A DNA stretch of 64,000 nucleotides from a bacterium. GTDB taxonomy: Bacteria; Krumholzibacteriota; Krumholzibacteriia; G020349025. Made by a program: the position numbers and the translations under genes. Of this stretch, positions 29,453-39,157 are shown piece after piece; the first letter of the stretch is position 1; every line of letters starts with the position of its first letter. Location of the stretch: positions 32,001 through 96,000 of the forward strand of contig JANLSU010000120.1 of assembly GCA_031362565.1 (NCBI GenBank). Reading direction: 5' to 3'. The notes beneath the pieces are model-generated. The model was not told the origin of the DNA, did not search any database, and saw only the letters and a program-made list of their open reading frames with translations.

Positions 29453-29691
29453 CGACGCATTCGAAGGTTGCGACCGACGTGCGCTGCCTCTGCGGCAACC
29501 TTCTTGTGCGGCGCGTGCCGGAAGGCTTCGAAATCAAGTGCCGGCGCTGCAAGCGCGCCATGCTGCTGCGCGTCACGGAACCCGAAAGCAAATAGACTGC
29601 CGAGCGCCGCACCGCATCGGCAGCATTCAAGAACTGCTGCAGATCCTCGAAGAAGTGACCGCCTGAGAACGCCGGCCGGCGGCGCGGGATC

Positions 29692-30153
29692 CTAGCGCGC
29701 CTGGCGGGCGAGCCGCGTCAGGGTGCGGTCGAGGGCGGCGGCGAAGGTGCGTTTGGCGCGCTCGTCGTAGGGCGGCGGACCTTGGGTCGTGACGCCGGCC
29801 GAGCGCAGGTTGTCCATGAAATCGCGAATCGAGAGCCGTCCGCCGATCGTGTCCTCGGTGTGTTCATCGCCACGCACATCGAGCACCACGATTTGGTTCG
29901 GGACGAGAAGCGCGGCGAGCGGAATGTCCTGAGTCACCACGAGATCCCCAGCCTCGGCGTGCTCCACGATGTATTGATCCGCCACGTCCGGGCCGCCCTC
30001 GACGCACACCGACTTGATGAGCGGGTTGCCGGCCGGGGTCCGGAGGTGCTGGTTGGCGACGAGGATGGTCTCGATCGCCAGGCGCTTCGCAGCGCGAAAG
30101 ACGATCTCCTTCACATCGCGGGGTGCTGCATCCGCGTCGATCCAGATCTTCAA
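29692..30153 (-). CDS. YaiI/YqxD (DUF188/UPF0178) family protein
   Basis: 'KIWIDADAAP', 'DVADQYI', 'GDLVVTQDIPLAA', 'FAAALDR'. TTG start with GAGGGGAG. Confidence 0.9.
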   Translation of the reverse strand: MKIWIDADAAPRDVKEIVFRAAKRLAIETILVANQHLRTPAGNPLIKSVCVEGGPDVADQYIVEHAEAGDLVVTQDIPLAALLVPNQIVVLDVRGDEHTEDTIGGRLSIRDFMDNLRSAGVTTQGPPPYDERAKRTFAAALDRTLTRLARQAR

Positions 30154-30305
30154 TGCCGGGCTCCCCTCGGACCGCGGTGGCCGGCGCCGAAGATAGCCGC
30201 CGGCCAGGCACCTTGCCAACGCGCCTGCAAAACGCTGTACTGTGCCTTGCCGGATGCCGCCCTCAAGGGGCTCGAAAGTATGGAGGGTCCGACATTCATC
30301 CTCAA

Positions 30306-31298
30306 GTGTGGCTGTGGGCGGGATTCATCGTCCTCGTACTCGTCGTATTGGCTCTCGACCTCGGAGTGCTGAATCGCAAGGCCCATGTCGTCTCGATCCG
30401 TGAGGCACTCGTGTTCACGGTCGGCCTGTTCGTACTGGCGATGGGTTTCAACGCCCTCGTCTACTTCCTCTACGCCAACCAATTGATGGGCCTGGGCACC
30501 CAGGTCGACAAGATCGACGGTGTCGTCAATACGGGCGGCCTTGCGGCGGTGAAATTCTTCACCGGCTACATGGTCGAGATTTCGCTGAGCGCCGACAACG
30601 TGTTCGTCATGGCGATGATTTTCCATTCGTTGCGGGTGCCGCCGCAGTATCAGCATCGCGTCTTGTTCTGGGGCATTCTCGGCGCACTCGTCATGCGCGG
30701 CGCGATGATCCTGGTCGGCGCGCAGCTCATCGCCCGTTACCACTGGCTGCTCTATCTGTTCGGCGCGTTCTTGGTGTTTACCGCCTACCGGATGCTGGTC
30801 GCCAAAGAGGACGAGGGCAACGTCGAGGACGGGCTCGTGGTGCGTTGGGTGCGAAAGATCTTCCCCGTCACGCCCGACTACCACGCCCAACGGTTCGTGG
30901 TTCTGCATCACGGGCGCCGCATGCTGACACCGCTGGCCGTGGCGCTCATCCTGGTCGAAACGACCGATCTCATCTTCGCGGTGGATTCGATCCCGGCGAT
31001 TTTCGCGATCACGACCGACCCGTTCATCGTGTTCACAAGCAACGTCTTTGCGATTCTGGGGCTGCGGTCGCTGTACTTCGCGCTGGCGGGAGCGATCCAG
31101 AAGTTCAAGTACCTCAAGAAGTCGCTGGCGGCGATCTTGGCCTTGGTGGGCGTCAAAATGCTGGCCGCCGATCTCTTGCAGATGCACATCGGCCCGAGCT
31201 TCAACTACTACATGCTCGCCATGGTGGCGTTGATTCTAACGGGCGGTATCGCGGCGAGTGCGGTGGCGGCACGCCGTCAGCTGCCGGGGCCGCGATAG
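30306..31298 (+). CDS. TerC/Alx family membrane protein
   Basis: 'FFTGYMVEISLSADNVFV', 'QHRVLFWGILGAL', 'DLIFAVDSIPAIFAIT', 'SNVFAILGLRSLYF'. Confidence 0.92.
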   Translation: MWLWAGFIVLVLVVLALDLGVLNRKAHVVSIREALVFTVGLFVLAMGFNALVYFLYANQLMGLGTQVDKIDGVVNTGGLAAVKFFTGYMVEISLSADNVFVMAMIFHSLRVPPQYQHRVLFWGILGALVMRGAMILVGAQLIARYHWLLYLFGAFLVFTAYRMLVAKEDEGNVEDGLVVRWVRKIFPVTPDYHAQRFVVLHHGRRMLTPLAVALILVETTDLIFAVDSIPAIFAITTDPFIVFTSNVFAILGLRSLYFALAGAIQKFKYLKKSLAAILALVGVKMLAADLLQMHIGPSFNYYMLAMVALILTGGIAASAVAARRQLPGPR

Positions 31299-31933
31299 AG
31301 TTGCTTGATGCGGGTCCACGTGTGCTGCTCGACCGCGACCGGATTGAGCACGAATCCGTTACACGAGCGTACGCCGGCCCGTGGCGGCAGGTCGAGGAAG
31401 TGGATCTCGCCGCGCAGATTGGAGCCGCTCGAGGCCAATTCCGTTCCGACTACCGGGGCGAATTCAAGCCGGAACGGAGCGCCAGCCATGACGATAGCGG
31501 GCAGATCCAAATTCTGTGACACGCTGGCGTCTTGCGGTGCCCGGTTCTCCATGAAGACTTCGGCGCTGTCGCGGCCGGAGGACTGCGAAACGTCGATGCT
31601 CACAATTCCATAACCACCCGGGTAGTGGTGGTAGGGCTCGGAAGTCGAAGCAGCAAGGGTTCCCGTGAGGCTCAAGCGGATCGTGCAGGCGACTATCGTC
31701 GACGGTGCGAGACCGGTGATCTCGAAATCGTCGACCGCCACAACCGCACCGCCGCTGGCGAGTGACGGGGTCGACTGAGCCGCCACCCATCCGGCGGGCA
31801 GATTGTTTTGTCCCGTTCCACCGTACTGGCCAGAGATCCGGCTCTCGGGGCACTGTGCCAACGAAGTGGTCGTGGCTCCGGCAAGGAGCGCGGCGCAGAG
31901 TGCCAGGGAACAATGGACTCGATCGCGTGGCAT
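31277..31933 (-). CDS. Hypothetical secreted protein with C-terminal TW..IK.LY tail
   Basis: Signal peptide (LALCAALLAGATTTSLA-Q), beta-rich body, ends PVAVEQHTWTRIKQLYRGPGS. The upstream part of ORF 31277..32620 is a shadow of the tricorn gene. Confidence 0.7.
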   Translation of the reverse strand: MPRDRVHCSLALCAALLAGATTTSLAQCPESRISGQYGGTGQNNLPAGWVAAQSTPSLASGGAVVAVDDFEITGLAPSTIVACTIRLSLTGTLAASTSEPYHHYPGGYGIVSIDVSQSSGRDSAEVFMENRAPQDASVSQNLDLPAIVMAGAPFRLEFAPVVGTELASSGSNLRGEIHFLDLPPRAGVRSCNGFVLNPVAVEQHTWTRIKQLYRGPGS

Positions 31934-32065
31934 GGGCGAAGACCTCGCTCGATGTGCGGGCCGGGCTGCCGCGATCCTATCACGCGACGGCGTCGCCCCG
32001 CCCGGCTTGACTTCCAGCGCCGCATGGCCTGAAATGCGCCGGCTCACCCCAACGCGGAGAAGGCC

Positions 32066-35000
32066 ATGATCAGCACGCGTATCGCTCTCGTCGCGGTCCT
32101 CGTCGGCGCCGTTTCGGTCCAGGCGGAAGCGCCGCTCGGTTACTACCGGACCCCGGCCGTGCGCGGCGCGGTCTTGGTCTTTGCGGCCGAAGGCGATCTG
32201 TGGCGTGTCGCGGCGGCCGGCGGGCTCGCGCAACGGCTGACGACGGCAGCGGGCGACGAAACGCTGCCGGCCGTGTCGCCGGACGGCAAATGGCTGGCGT
32301 TCACCGCCAACTACGAAGGGCCGTCCGAGGTCTATCTCATGCCACTCGAGGGCGGCGCGCCGAAGCGGTTGACCTATGAAGGACAGGTCGCGAGCGTCGC
32401 GGGCTGGACACCGGACGGCAAGATTCTCTACGCGACGACGCGTTACAACACGGCGCCGGACGAACAAGTGGTGTGCGTCGATCCCATCTCGGGAGCTTCG
32501 ACGCTCTTGCCGTTGGCGCAGGCACACGACGGCTCGTACGACGCGGCGGGAGCACTCTTCTTCACGCGGCTTCCCGCCCAACCCAGTAAGACAAAGCGAT
32601 ACAAGGGCGGCACCGCCCAAACGATCTGGCGTTGGGACGCCGGCGCGCCGGAAGCCGTCAATCTGACGGCCGATTTTCCGGGCACGTCACGTTCGCCGAT
32701 GGCGTGGCAGGGACAGGTGTACTTCGTCAGCGATCGTGACGGGACCATGAACCTGTGGACGATGGGGCGCGATGGCAGCAAGCCGCGCCAACTCACCCAC
32801 CATCAAGGTTGGGACGTCCTAGGCCCGTCGCTCGGCGACGGCCGGATCGTCTATCAGTTGGGCGCCGACATTCGCATCTACGACATCGCGAGCGGCAGCG
32901 ATGCCGCGGTCGCAATTCGCCTCGCGACGGATCTCGACCAGGCGCGCGAAACTTGGGTCAAGACGCCGATGGATTTCCTGTCGGCGGCGCATTTGGCGCC
33001 GGACGGCAACCGCGTCGCACTCACCGCGTACGGCAAGGTGTTCGTGGCGCCGGCGTCGACAGGCCGTCTTGTCCAGGCCGGCCGCGCGCCCGGGATCCGC
33101 TATCGCGACGCGCGCTTCATGCCGGACGGCAAGACACTGGTCGCGCTGTCGACCGAGTCGGGCGAAACCGAGTTCGTGACTCTGCCGGCAAACGGCGTCG
33201 GTGCGTCGGAACGCTGGACCTCGGATGCGACGACGCTGCGCTGGCAAGGCGTGCCGTCACCGGACGGCAAGTGGCTGGCGCACCATGACAAGAGCCAGCA
33301 CCTGTGGCTGTTCGAGATTGCGTCGAAGCGCCACCGGCCGATCGATGCAAGTCCGACCGACGATTTCTCGAGCCTCGCGTGGTCGCCGGATTCGCGCTTC
33401 CTCGCCTACTCGCGCTCGGGTTCGAACACGTTTCGGCAGATCAAGTTGTACGACGTCGAAAAGGGCGCGGCGATTCCGCTGACGACCGACCGGTACGACA
33501 GCTACAGCGCGGCGTGGAGCCCCGATGGGCGCTTCTTGTATTTCCTGTCCGACCGGGTCTTCGAATCGCTGACGCCGGGCCCCTGGGGGGCGCGGCAACC
33601 GGAGCCCTATTTCGACCGTCCGACGAAGGTCTACGTGCTGCCGCTAGCGAAGAGTGATCGCTCGCCGTTTGCGCCGCCCGACGAGTTGCATCCGGCGAGT
33701 GATGCGGCCGCGGACAAGCCTGCGGCCAAGGACACCAAGAAGAAGGATGCGGCGAAGTCCGCGACGCGTACCACCGTGGACGCCGACGGCATTCAAGCCC
33801 GCTTCCAAGAAACCCCGGTGCCGCCCGGCAACTACGAACATCTCGAGGTCGACGACAAGCGCCTCTACGTGCTCGAGCAAGCGAGCGGCCCGGATCCAAA
33901 GACGGCGCTCAAGACGTTCAAGATCGATCCGAAGACGGACGAGGCCAAGGTCTTCCTGGACGATGTGAAGAGCTACGAGTTGGCGCTCGACCGCAAGAAG
34001 CTCTTGGTGTCGAAAGGCGACGCCCTGTACGTCGTCGAAACCGGCGACAAGGCGCCGGACGAGCTTGGCAAGTCGAAGGTGAATCTGGCGGGTTGGACCT
34101 TCCCGATCCGGCCACGTGACGAGTGGCAGCAAATGTTCACGGAGGCCTGGCGGCTCGAGCGCGACTACTTCTACGACCCGGGCATGCATGGCGTCGATTG
34201 GCCGGCGATGAAAACCAAGTACGCGCCGCTCGTCGAGCGCGTCGCGACGCGCCCTGAACTGAACGATCTCTTGGCGCAGATGGTCGCCGAACTCTCGGCA
34301 TTGCACACCTATGTGCGGGGTGGCGACGGCCGGACGACCCTGAACCCGATCCAGGAGTCGACGCTTGGCGCTCGCCTCAGCCGCGATACCGCCGCCGGTG
34401 GCGACCGGATCGAGCACATCTACAAGTCGGATCCGGATCAGCCGGATCAACTCTCGCCGCTTGCACGCCCGGGCGTCGATGTCGCCGAGGGCGACATCAT
34501 CGAAGCGATCAACGGCGTTGGAGTGCTGTCGGTGCCGGATGCGGGGGCGCTGCTGCGCAATCAAGCCGACAAGCAGGTCTTGCTGCGCGTGCGGGCCGGC
34601 AAGAAGGGTAGCGCGGCGAAGGATGTCGTCGTCCTGCCGATCGGACCCGAGCGCGATGCCGACCTGCGCTACGACGAATGGGAATACACCCGCCGGTTGA
34701 AAGTCGAGGAATGGGGTAAGGGCAAGATCGGCTATGTGCACTTGCGGGCCATGGGGCCAGCCAACGTCACCGAATGGTACCGCGAGTTCTATCCGGTCTT
34801 CGACCGCCAAGGACTCATCGTCGATGTGCGCTACAACCGCGGCGGCAACGTCGACAGTTGGATTCTGGAGAAACTGATGCGCCGGGTGTGGATGTACTGG
34901 CAGCCACGCGTCGGCGCACCGTACTCCAACATGCAGTACGGTTTCCGCGGCCATGCGATCACGCTCTGCAACTACCGCACGGCCTCCGATGGCGAAGCGT

Positions 35001-35326
35001 TCGCCGAAGGGTTTCGCCGCCTCGGCCTCGGCAAAGTGCTCGGCACGCGGACGTGGGGCGGCGAGATTTGGCTGTCGTCGAACAACTTCCTCGTCGACAA
35101 GGGCATCGCGACCGCCGCCGAAAACGGCGTCTACGGCCTCGACGGCAACTGGTTGATCGAGGGCCACGGTGTCGATCCGGATGTCGTCGTCGACAACCTG
35201 CCGCGCGCCACGTTCGACGGCGGCGACGCCCAGCTCAAGGCCGCCGTGGAAGAACTCCTGCGCCAGATCGACAAGGATCCGCGGCCGGTGCCCAAGGCGG
35301 CGCCGTATCCCGACAAGTCCAAGTAG
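32066..35326 (+). CDS. Tricorn protease homolog (peptidase S41 with propellers and PDZ)
   Basis: 'VFAAEGDLW', PD40 repeats, 'EAWRLERDYFYDPGMHGVDW', 'GYVHL', 'DVRYNRGG', catalytic 'TASDGEAF', 'IEGHGVDPD'. Confidence 0.95.
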   Translation: MISTRIALVAVLVGAVSVQAEAPLGYYRTPAVRGAVLVFAAEGDLWRVAAAGGLAQRLTTAAGDETLPAVSPDGKWLAFTANYEGPSEVYLMPLEGGAPKRLTYEGQVASVAGWTPDGKILYATTRYNTAPDEQVVCVDPISGASTLLPLAQAHDGSYDAAGALFFTRLPAQPSKTKRYKGGTAQTIWRWDAGAPEAVNLTADFPGTSRSPMAWQGQVYFVSDRDGTMNLWTMGRDGSKPRQLTHHQGWDVLGPSLGDGRIVYQLGADIRIYDIASGSDAAVAIRLATDLDQARETWVKTPMDFLSAAHLAPDGNRVALTAYGKVFVAPASTGRLVQAGRAPGIRYRDARFMPDGKTLVALSTESGETEFVTLPANGVGASERWTSDATTLRWQGVPSPDGKWLAHHDKSQHLWLFEIASKRHRPIDASPTDDFSSLAWSPDSRFLAYSRSGSNTFRQIKLYDVEKGAAIPLTTDRYDSYSAAWSPDGRFLYFLSDRVFESLTPGPWGARQPEPYFDRPTKVYVLPLAKSDRSPFAPPDELHPASDAAADKPAAKDTKKKDAAKSATRTTVDADGIQARFQETPVPPGNYEHLEVDDKRLYVLEQASGPDPKTALKTFKIDPKTDEAKVFLDDVKSYELALDRKKLLVSKGDALYVVETGDKAPDELGKSKVNLAGWTFPIRPRDEWQQMFTEAWRLERDYFYDPGMHGVDWPAMKTKYAPLVERVATRPELNDLLAQMVAELSALHTYVRGGDGRTTLNPIQESTLGARLSRDTAAGGDRIEHIYKSDPDQPDQLSPLARPGVDVAEGDIIEAINGVGVLSVPDAGALLRNQADKQVLLRVRAGKKGSAAKDVVVLPIGPERDADLRYDEWEYTRRLKVEEWGKGKIGYVHLRAMGPANVTEWYREFYPVFDRQGLIVDVRYNRGGNVDSWILEKLMRRVWMYWQPRVGAPYSNMQYGFRGHAITLCNYRTASDGEAFAEGFRRLGLGKVLGTRTWGGEIWLSSNNFLVDKGIATAAENGVYGLDGNWLIEGHGVDPDVVVDNLPRATFDGGDAQLKAAVEELLRQIDKDPRPVPKAAPYPDKSK

Positions 35327-35429
35327 CGCCGGGGGGCCGTCGAGACCCGCCTCGATGGGGGCCGTGTAATGGCGCGTCCAGGCCGCGTTCCGGCCCAAGG
35401 GCCGCAAGGCTGTTTCGCGTTGGGTTGGC

Positions 35430-35458
35430 TTGAAGCCCCGCGGCCCACCGCGTAAGAT
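35430..35458 (+). promoter_or_regulatory. Possible sigma70-type promoter for the trypsin-like gene
   Basis: TTGAAG-17 nt-TAAGAT. Confidence 0.35.
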
Positions 35459-35590
35459 AATGGCGCTCTAGAAACAGCTCAGACATCCGAAGCGGCGGCC
35501 CGTCGGGGCAAGACGCGAACGGTGCCGAATGCTTTCGGAAGAGTTCGGGCTGTGGTCCGCCCATGACACTCGAACACAGAGGTACGACGC

Positions 35591-36814
35591 ATGAACATCA
35601 GGATGAGGAGAAGGGCGACTTTCTTTGCGGCAGTCCTCGTACTGGCCGCATGCACGGTCACCGGAGCGGCCCGCGCCGAAGGCAAGAACCGGCTCTTCAG
35701 CGTCCAGAACGCCAACCCCGCCGTGCAAACCGGACCGGTGTCGAACCTCACGAACCAGGTTCGCGAAGTGTTCCAGCAGCCGCTGCGCTACGACGATGCA
35801 AGCTGTTTGCGTCTGACGTTCACGAACGTGCAGTTGGGCGACGGCGACTTCATCCAGATTCGGTCGCCCGAGACCGGGATGGAGCAGGTTTTTGCGAACA
35901 CCGATCCGCAGTACGGCAACCCGCAATTCGAGGGCAAGATCTTCTCCGCCATCTTCGCGGGCGGCAGCCTCGACGTGTCGCTGCACTTGGCGCCCGGCAG
36001 CCAGAATGCCGGCTTCCGGCTCGACAACGTTTGGGTGGCGAAGGCACAACCGAGCCGCACCGAAACCATCTGTGGGCCGAACGACGACCGCACGCTGGTC
36101 GCCAATGACGCCTGCGCGGTGCGCATTCGTGACAACGTCGGCGGCTGGGGCTCCGGTTTCATGATCGGCCCGAACTGCATGTTGACGGCCAACCACGTCA
36201 TGACCGACGGGCCGTGGACGATCGAGCGCAACGTGCCGGCATCCAACGGTACGAACGGCAACCTGACACCGTCGGCGGCAGCGGACCAATTCCCGCTCGC
36301 CAACCTGGCGGGCTCGACACTTTCCCCCGGCCAGGCCAATGGCAACGACTGGGCAGTGGTGGTCGTACCGAACAACGCCGCCGGCGCTCCGGGTGCGGGC
36401 TGCACTCCGACCTTCAACTGCGCCTTCACCAACAACTGCACCGGCACGACGAGCCTGCGCGTCACGGGCTTCGGCACCGACACGCGCAACGCCCGCAACG
36501 GTGTTTTGCAGACCGACTCCGGTCCGTGCTTCCCGGCGGCCGTCGGTGCGATTGCGTCCGACTTCCGGTATGCCGCCGACACGACGCCGAACGGCAGCGG
36601 CAGCCGCGTCACCGATCAAAATGGCCGCATCGTTGGCATTCACCAACGCGGTGGCTGCGTGGGCGACAACCCGGAGACGGGCGCCAACGGTGGCACGGCG
36701 CTCAGCGCGCCGGGCCTGCTGGCCGCGATCACCGCCCGCTGCGGTGGGAACATTTGCGGGCCGGTCGCGGTGCGTCTCGACAGCTGGGGAGACGTAAAGA
36801 GTCTTTACAAGTAA
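35591..36814 (+). CDS. Secreted trypsin-like (S1) serine peptidase with C-terminal SW..VK.LY tail
   Basis: Signal peptide, 'GSGFMIGPNCMLTANHV' (His), 'NDWAVV' (Asp), 'DTTPNGSGS' (Ser), 'IVGIH..GGC'. Confidence 0.85.
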   Translation: MNIRMRRRATFFAAVLVLAACTVTGAARAEGKNRLFSVQNANPAVQTGPVSNLTNQVREVFQQPLRYDDASCLRLTFTNVQLGDGDFIQIRSPETGMEQVFANTDPQYGNPQFEGKIFSAIFAGGSLDVSLHLAPGSQNAGFRLDNVWVAKAQPSRTETICGPNDDRTLVANDACAVRIRDNVGGWGSGFMIGPNCMLTANHVMTDGPWTIERNVPASNGTNGNLTPSAAADQFPLANLAGSTLSPGQANGNDWAVVVVPNNAAGAPGAGCTPTFNCAFTNNCTGTTSLRVTGFGTDTRNARNGVLQTDSGPCFPAAVGAIASDFRYAADTTPNGSGSRVTDQNGRIVGIHQRGGCVGDNPETGANGGTALSAPGLLAAITARCGGNICGPVAVRLDSWGDVKSLYK

Positions 36815-36843
36815 GGGCCGTCCGGCTCTGGTAGACGAGAACG

Positions 36844-36875
36844 GGGGCGAGCCGCACCGGCGGCTCGCCCCTTTT
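36844..36875 (+). terminator. Rho-independent terminator
   Basis: GGGGCGAGCCGC-accg-GCGGCTCGCCCC followed by TTTT. Confidence 0.85.
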
Positions 36876-36967
36876 CGTTGCAACAGGCTTGCGCACTTCA
36901 GGGGTTTTCACCGATTCTTGGCGGCGATCCCCGCTCGACCCTTAGGTCCCCGCCGGAGAGGAATCCG

Positions 36968-39157
36968 ATGAAAACCCCATTCACGATGCTGTGTCTCGTG
37001 CTCGCTCTCTCGGCGCCCGTTGGAGCGGTTCAGACCGCGACGCCCGCACCGCTCAAAAAGGCGACGGCGAGTGCGCCGGCCCAGGCGAAAGCAGCCGCCA
37101 ACGCCAAGGCAGCCGATGACCCGTATCTCTGGCTCGAGGACGTGACCGGGAAGAAGGCGCTGGACTGGGTCGGAAAGCAGAATGCCGCGAGTACCGAAGA
37201 ACTCACCGGGACCGAATCGTTCAAGGCTCTCAACGATCAGTTCCTGTCGATCCTCAATTCGTCGGCGCGCATTCCGTACGTCACCAAGATCGGCGATCTC
37301 TACTACAACTTCTGGAAAGACAAGGATCACGCGCGCGGCCTGTGGCGCCGGACGACGCTCGAGGAATACCGCAAGGCCGAGCCGGCGTGGGAGACGGTTC
37401 TCGACCTCGATGCCCTTGGGAAAGCCGAAAGCGAAAACTGGGTCTGGCACGGCGCGGATGCACTGCCGCCCGACTACACGCGCTGCATGCTGCAACTGTC
37501 GCGCGGCGGCGCCGACGCCGAAGTGGAACGCGAGTTCGACCTGACGGCGAAGTCGTTCGTGAAGGATGGGTTCAGCCTTCCGGAGGCCAAGAGCAGCTTC
37601 GCTTGGCGCGGCCTCGACTCGCTCTACGTCGGGACGGATTTCGGCCCCGGGTCGATGACCACGTCCGGCTATCCGCGCATCGCCAAGGAATGGAAGCGCG
37701 GCACCCCGTTGGCGTCCGCGGTGACGGTCTACGAAGGCAAGGCGGACGACATCGCCGTCTCTGCGTATCGCGATCTCACGCCCGGATTCGAGCGCGATTT
37801 CGTCAACCGCGCCATCACCTTCTACACCAACGAAATGTTCCTGCGGCGCGGCGGCCAGCTCATCAAGATCGACAAGCCCGACGATGCGGAGGGCGACGTG
37901 CATCGCGAATGGCTGTTGCTCACGTTGCGCACCGACTGGGCGACGGGCGGCAAGACTTATCCCGCCGGTGCCTTGTTGGCGGCAAAGTTCGATGACTTCA
38001 TGGCCGGCAAGCGGGAATTCGACGTGCTGTTCACGCCGTCCGAGCGCATTTCGCTGGGGGGATACTCGACGACGCGTAACGCCATTCTGTTGAACGAACT
38101 CGACAACGTGAAGAGCCGGCTCTACACGCTGCGCTACGAAAATGGGTCGTGGTCGCGGACGCCGATGCCGGGCCTGCCGGAGTTCGGCACCATCAACGCC
38201 AACGCCGTCGATCGGCGCGCTTCCGACGACTACTTCCTCACGATCACCGATTTCTTGAGCCCGGCGAGCCTGCAACTGGGAACGGTCGGCGGCGCGGCGC
38301 CGGAGAAACTCAAACAGGGACCGGCGTTCTTCGATGCGAGCGGCCTGGCGGTCAGCCAGCACGAGGCCGCTTCCAAGGACGGCACCCGGATTCCGTACTT
38401 CCAGGTGGCACCGAAGACTCTCGCCTTGGACGGCAGCACGCCGACCTTGCTCACCGGCTACGGCGGTTTCGAGGTTTCCGAGAAGCCCTACTACAGCGGC
38501 GTGCAGGGATCGGGCTGGTTGGAAAAAGGCGGCGTGTTGGTGGTCGCCAACATTCGCGGCGGTGGCGAGTTCGGCCCGAAGTGGCACCAGGCCGGCGTCA
38601 AGGCGGAACGCTACCATTGCTACGAGGACTTTATCGCCGTCGCCGAAGACCTCGTCAAGCGCAAGGTCACGAGCCCGCCGCGGCTGGCGTGCATCGGCGG
38701 CTCCAACGGCGGCCTGCTCGTCGGCAACATGCTGACGATGCGCCCGGACCTCTTCGGCGCCATCGTTTGCCAAGTGCCGTTGCTCGACATGCGGCGCTAT
38801 CACACGCTGCTGGCCGGCGCTTCGTGGATGGGCGAGTACGGCAACCCGGACGACCCGAAGGAATGGGAGTTCATCAAGGGTTGGTCGCCGTATCAGAACA
38901 TGAAAAAAGACGTGAAGTACCCGCGCACGTTGTTCACGACTTCGACGCGTGACGACCGGGTGCATCCCGGGCACTCGCGCAAGATGGTCGCCAAGATGTT
39001 GGACCAGGGACACGACCTGCTCTACTACGAGAACGTCGAGGGCGGGCACGGCGGCGCGGCCGACAACAAGCAACAAGCTTTCATGTCGGCGCTCGCGTAC
39101 TCGTTTCTCTGGAAGCAACTGGCGCCGAAGCTAGAGCCGTCCGCCGCCGCCCGGTAG
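36968..39157 (+). CDS. Prolyl oligopeptidase (S9A), exported
   Basis: 'DDPYLWLEDV', 'GYGGF', 'NIRGGGEFGPKWH', GGSNGG nucleophile, 'DDRVHP', 'GGHGG'. Signal peptide. Confidence 0.95.
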   Translation: MKTPFTMLCLVLALSAPVGAVQTATPAPLKKATASAPAQAKAAANAKAADDPYLWLEDVTGKKALDWVGKQNAASTEELTGTESFKALNDQFLSILNSSARIPYVTKIGDLYYNFWKDKDHARGLWRRTTLEEYRKAEPAWETVLDLDALGKAESENWVWHGADALPPDYTRCMLQLSRGGADAEVEREFDLTAKSFVKDGFSLPEAKSSFAWRGLDSLYVGTDFGPGSMTTSGYPRIAKEWKRGTPLASAVTVYEGKADDIAVSAYRDLTPGFERDFVNRAITFYTNEMFLRRGGQLIKIDKPDDAEGDVHREWLLLTLRTDWATGGKTYPAGALLAAKFDDFMAGKREFDVLFTPSERISLGGYSTTRNAILLNELDNVKSRLYTLRYENGSWSRTPMPGLPEFGTINANAVDRRASDDYFLTITDFLSPASLQLGTVGGAAPEKLKQGPAFFDASGLAVSQHEAASKDGTRIPYFQVAPKTLALDGSTPTLLTGYGGFEVSEKPYYSGVQGSGWLEKGGVLVVANIRGGGEFGPKWHQAGVKAERYHCYEDFIAVAEDLVKRKVTSPPRLACIGGSNGGLLVGNMLTMRPDLFGAIVCQVPLLDMRRYHTLLAGASWMGEYGNPDDPKEWEFIKGWSPYQNMKKDVKYPRTLFTTSTRDDRVHPGHSRKMVAKMLDQGHDLLYYENVEGGHGGAADNKQQAFMSALAYSFLWKQLAPKLEPSAAAR

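Noticed and set aside
30154..30305. Possible yybP-ykoY manganese riboswitch upstream of the TerC gene
   Set aside because: Expected from context, but I could not find the conserved core in this short divergent intergenic region.
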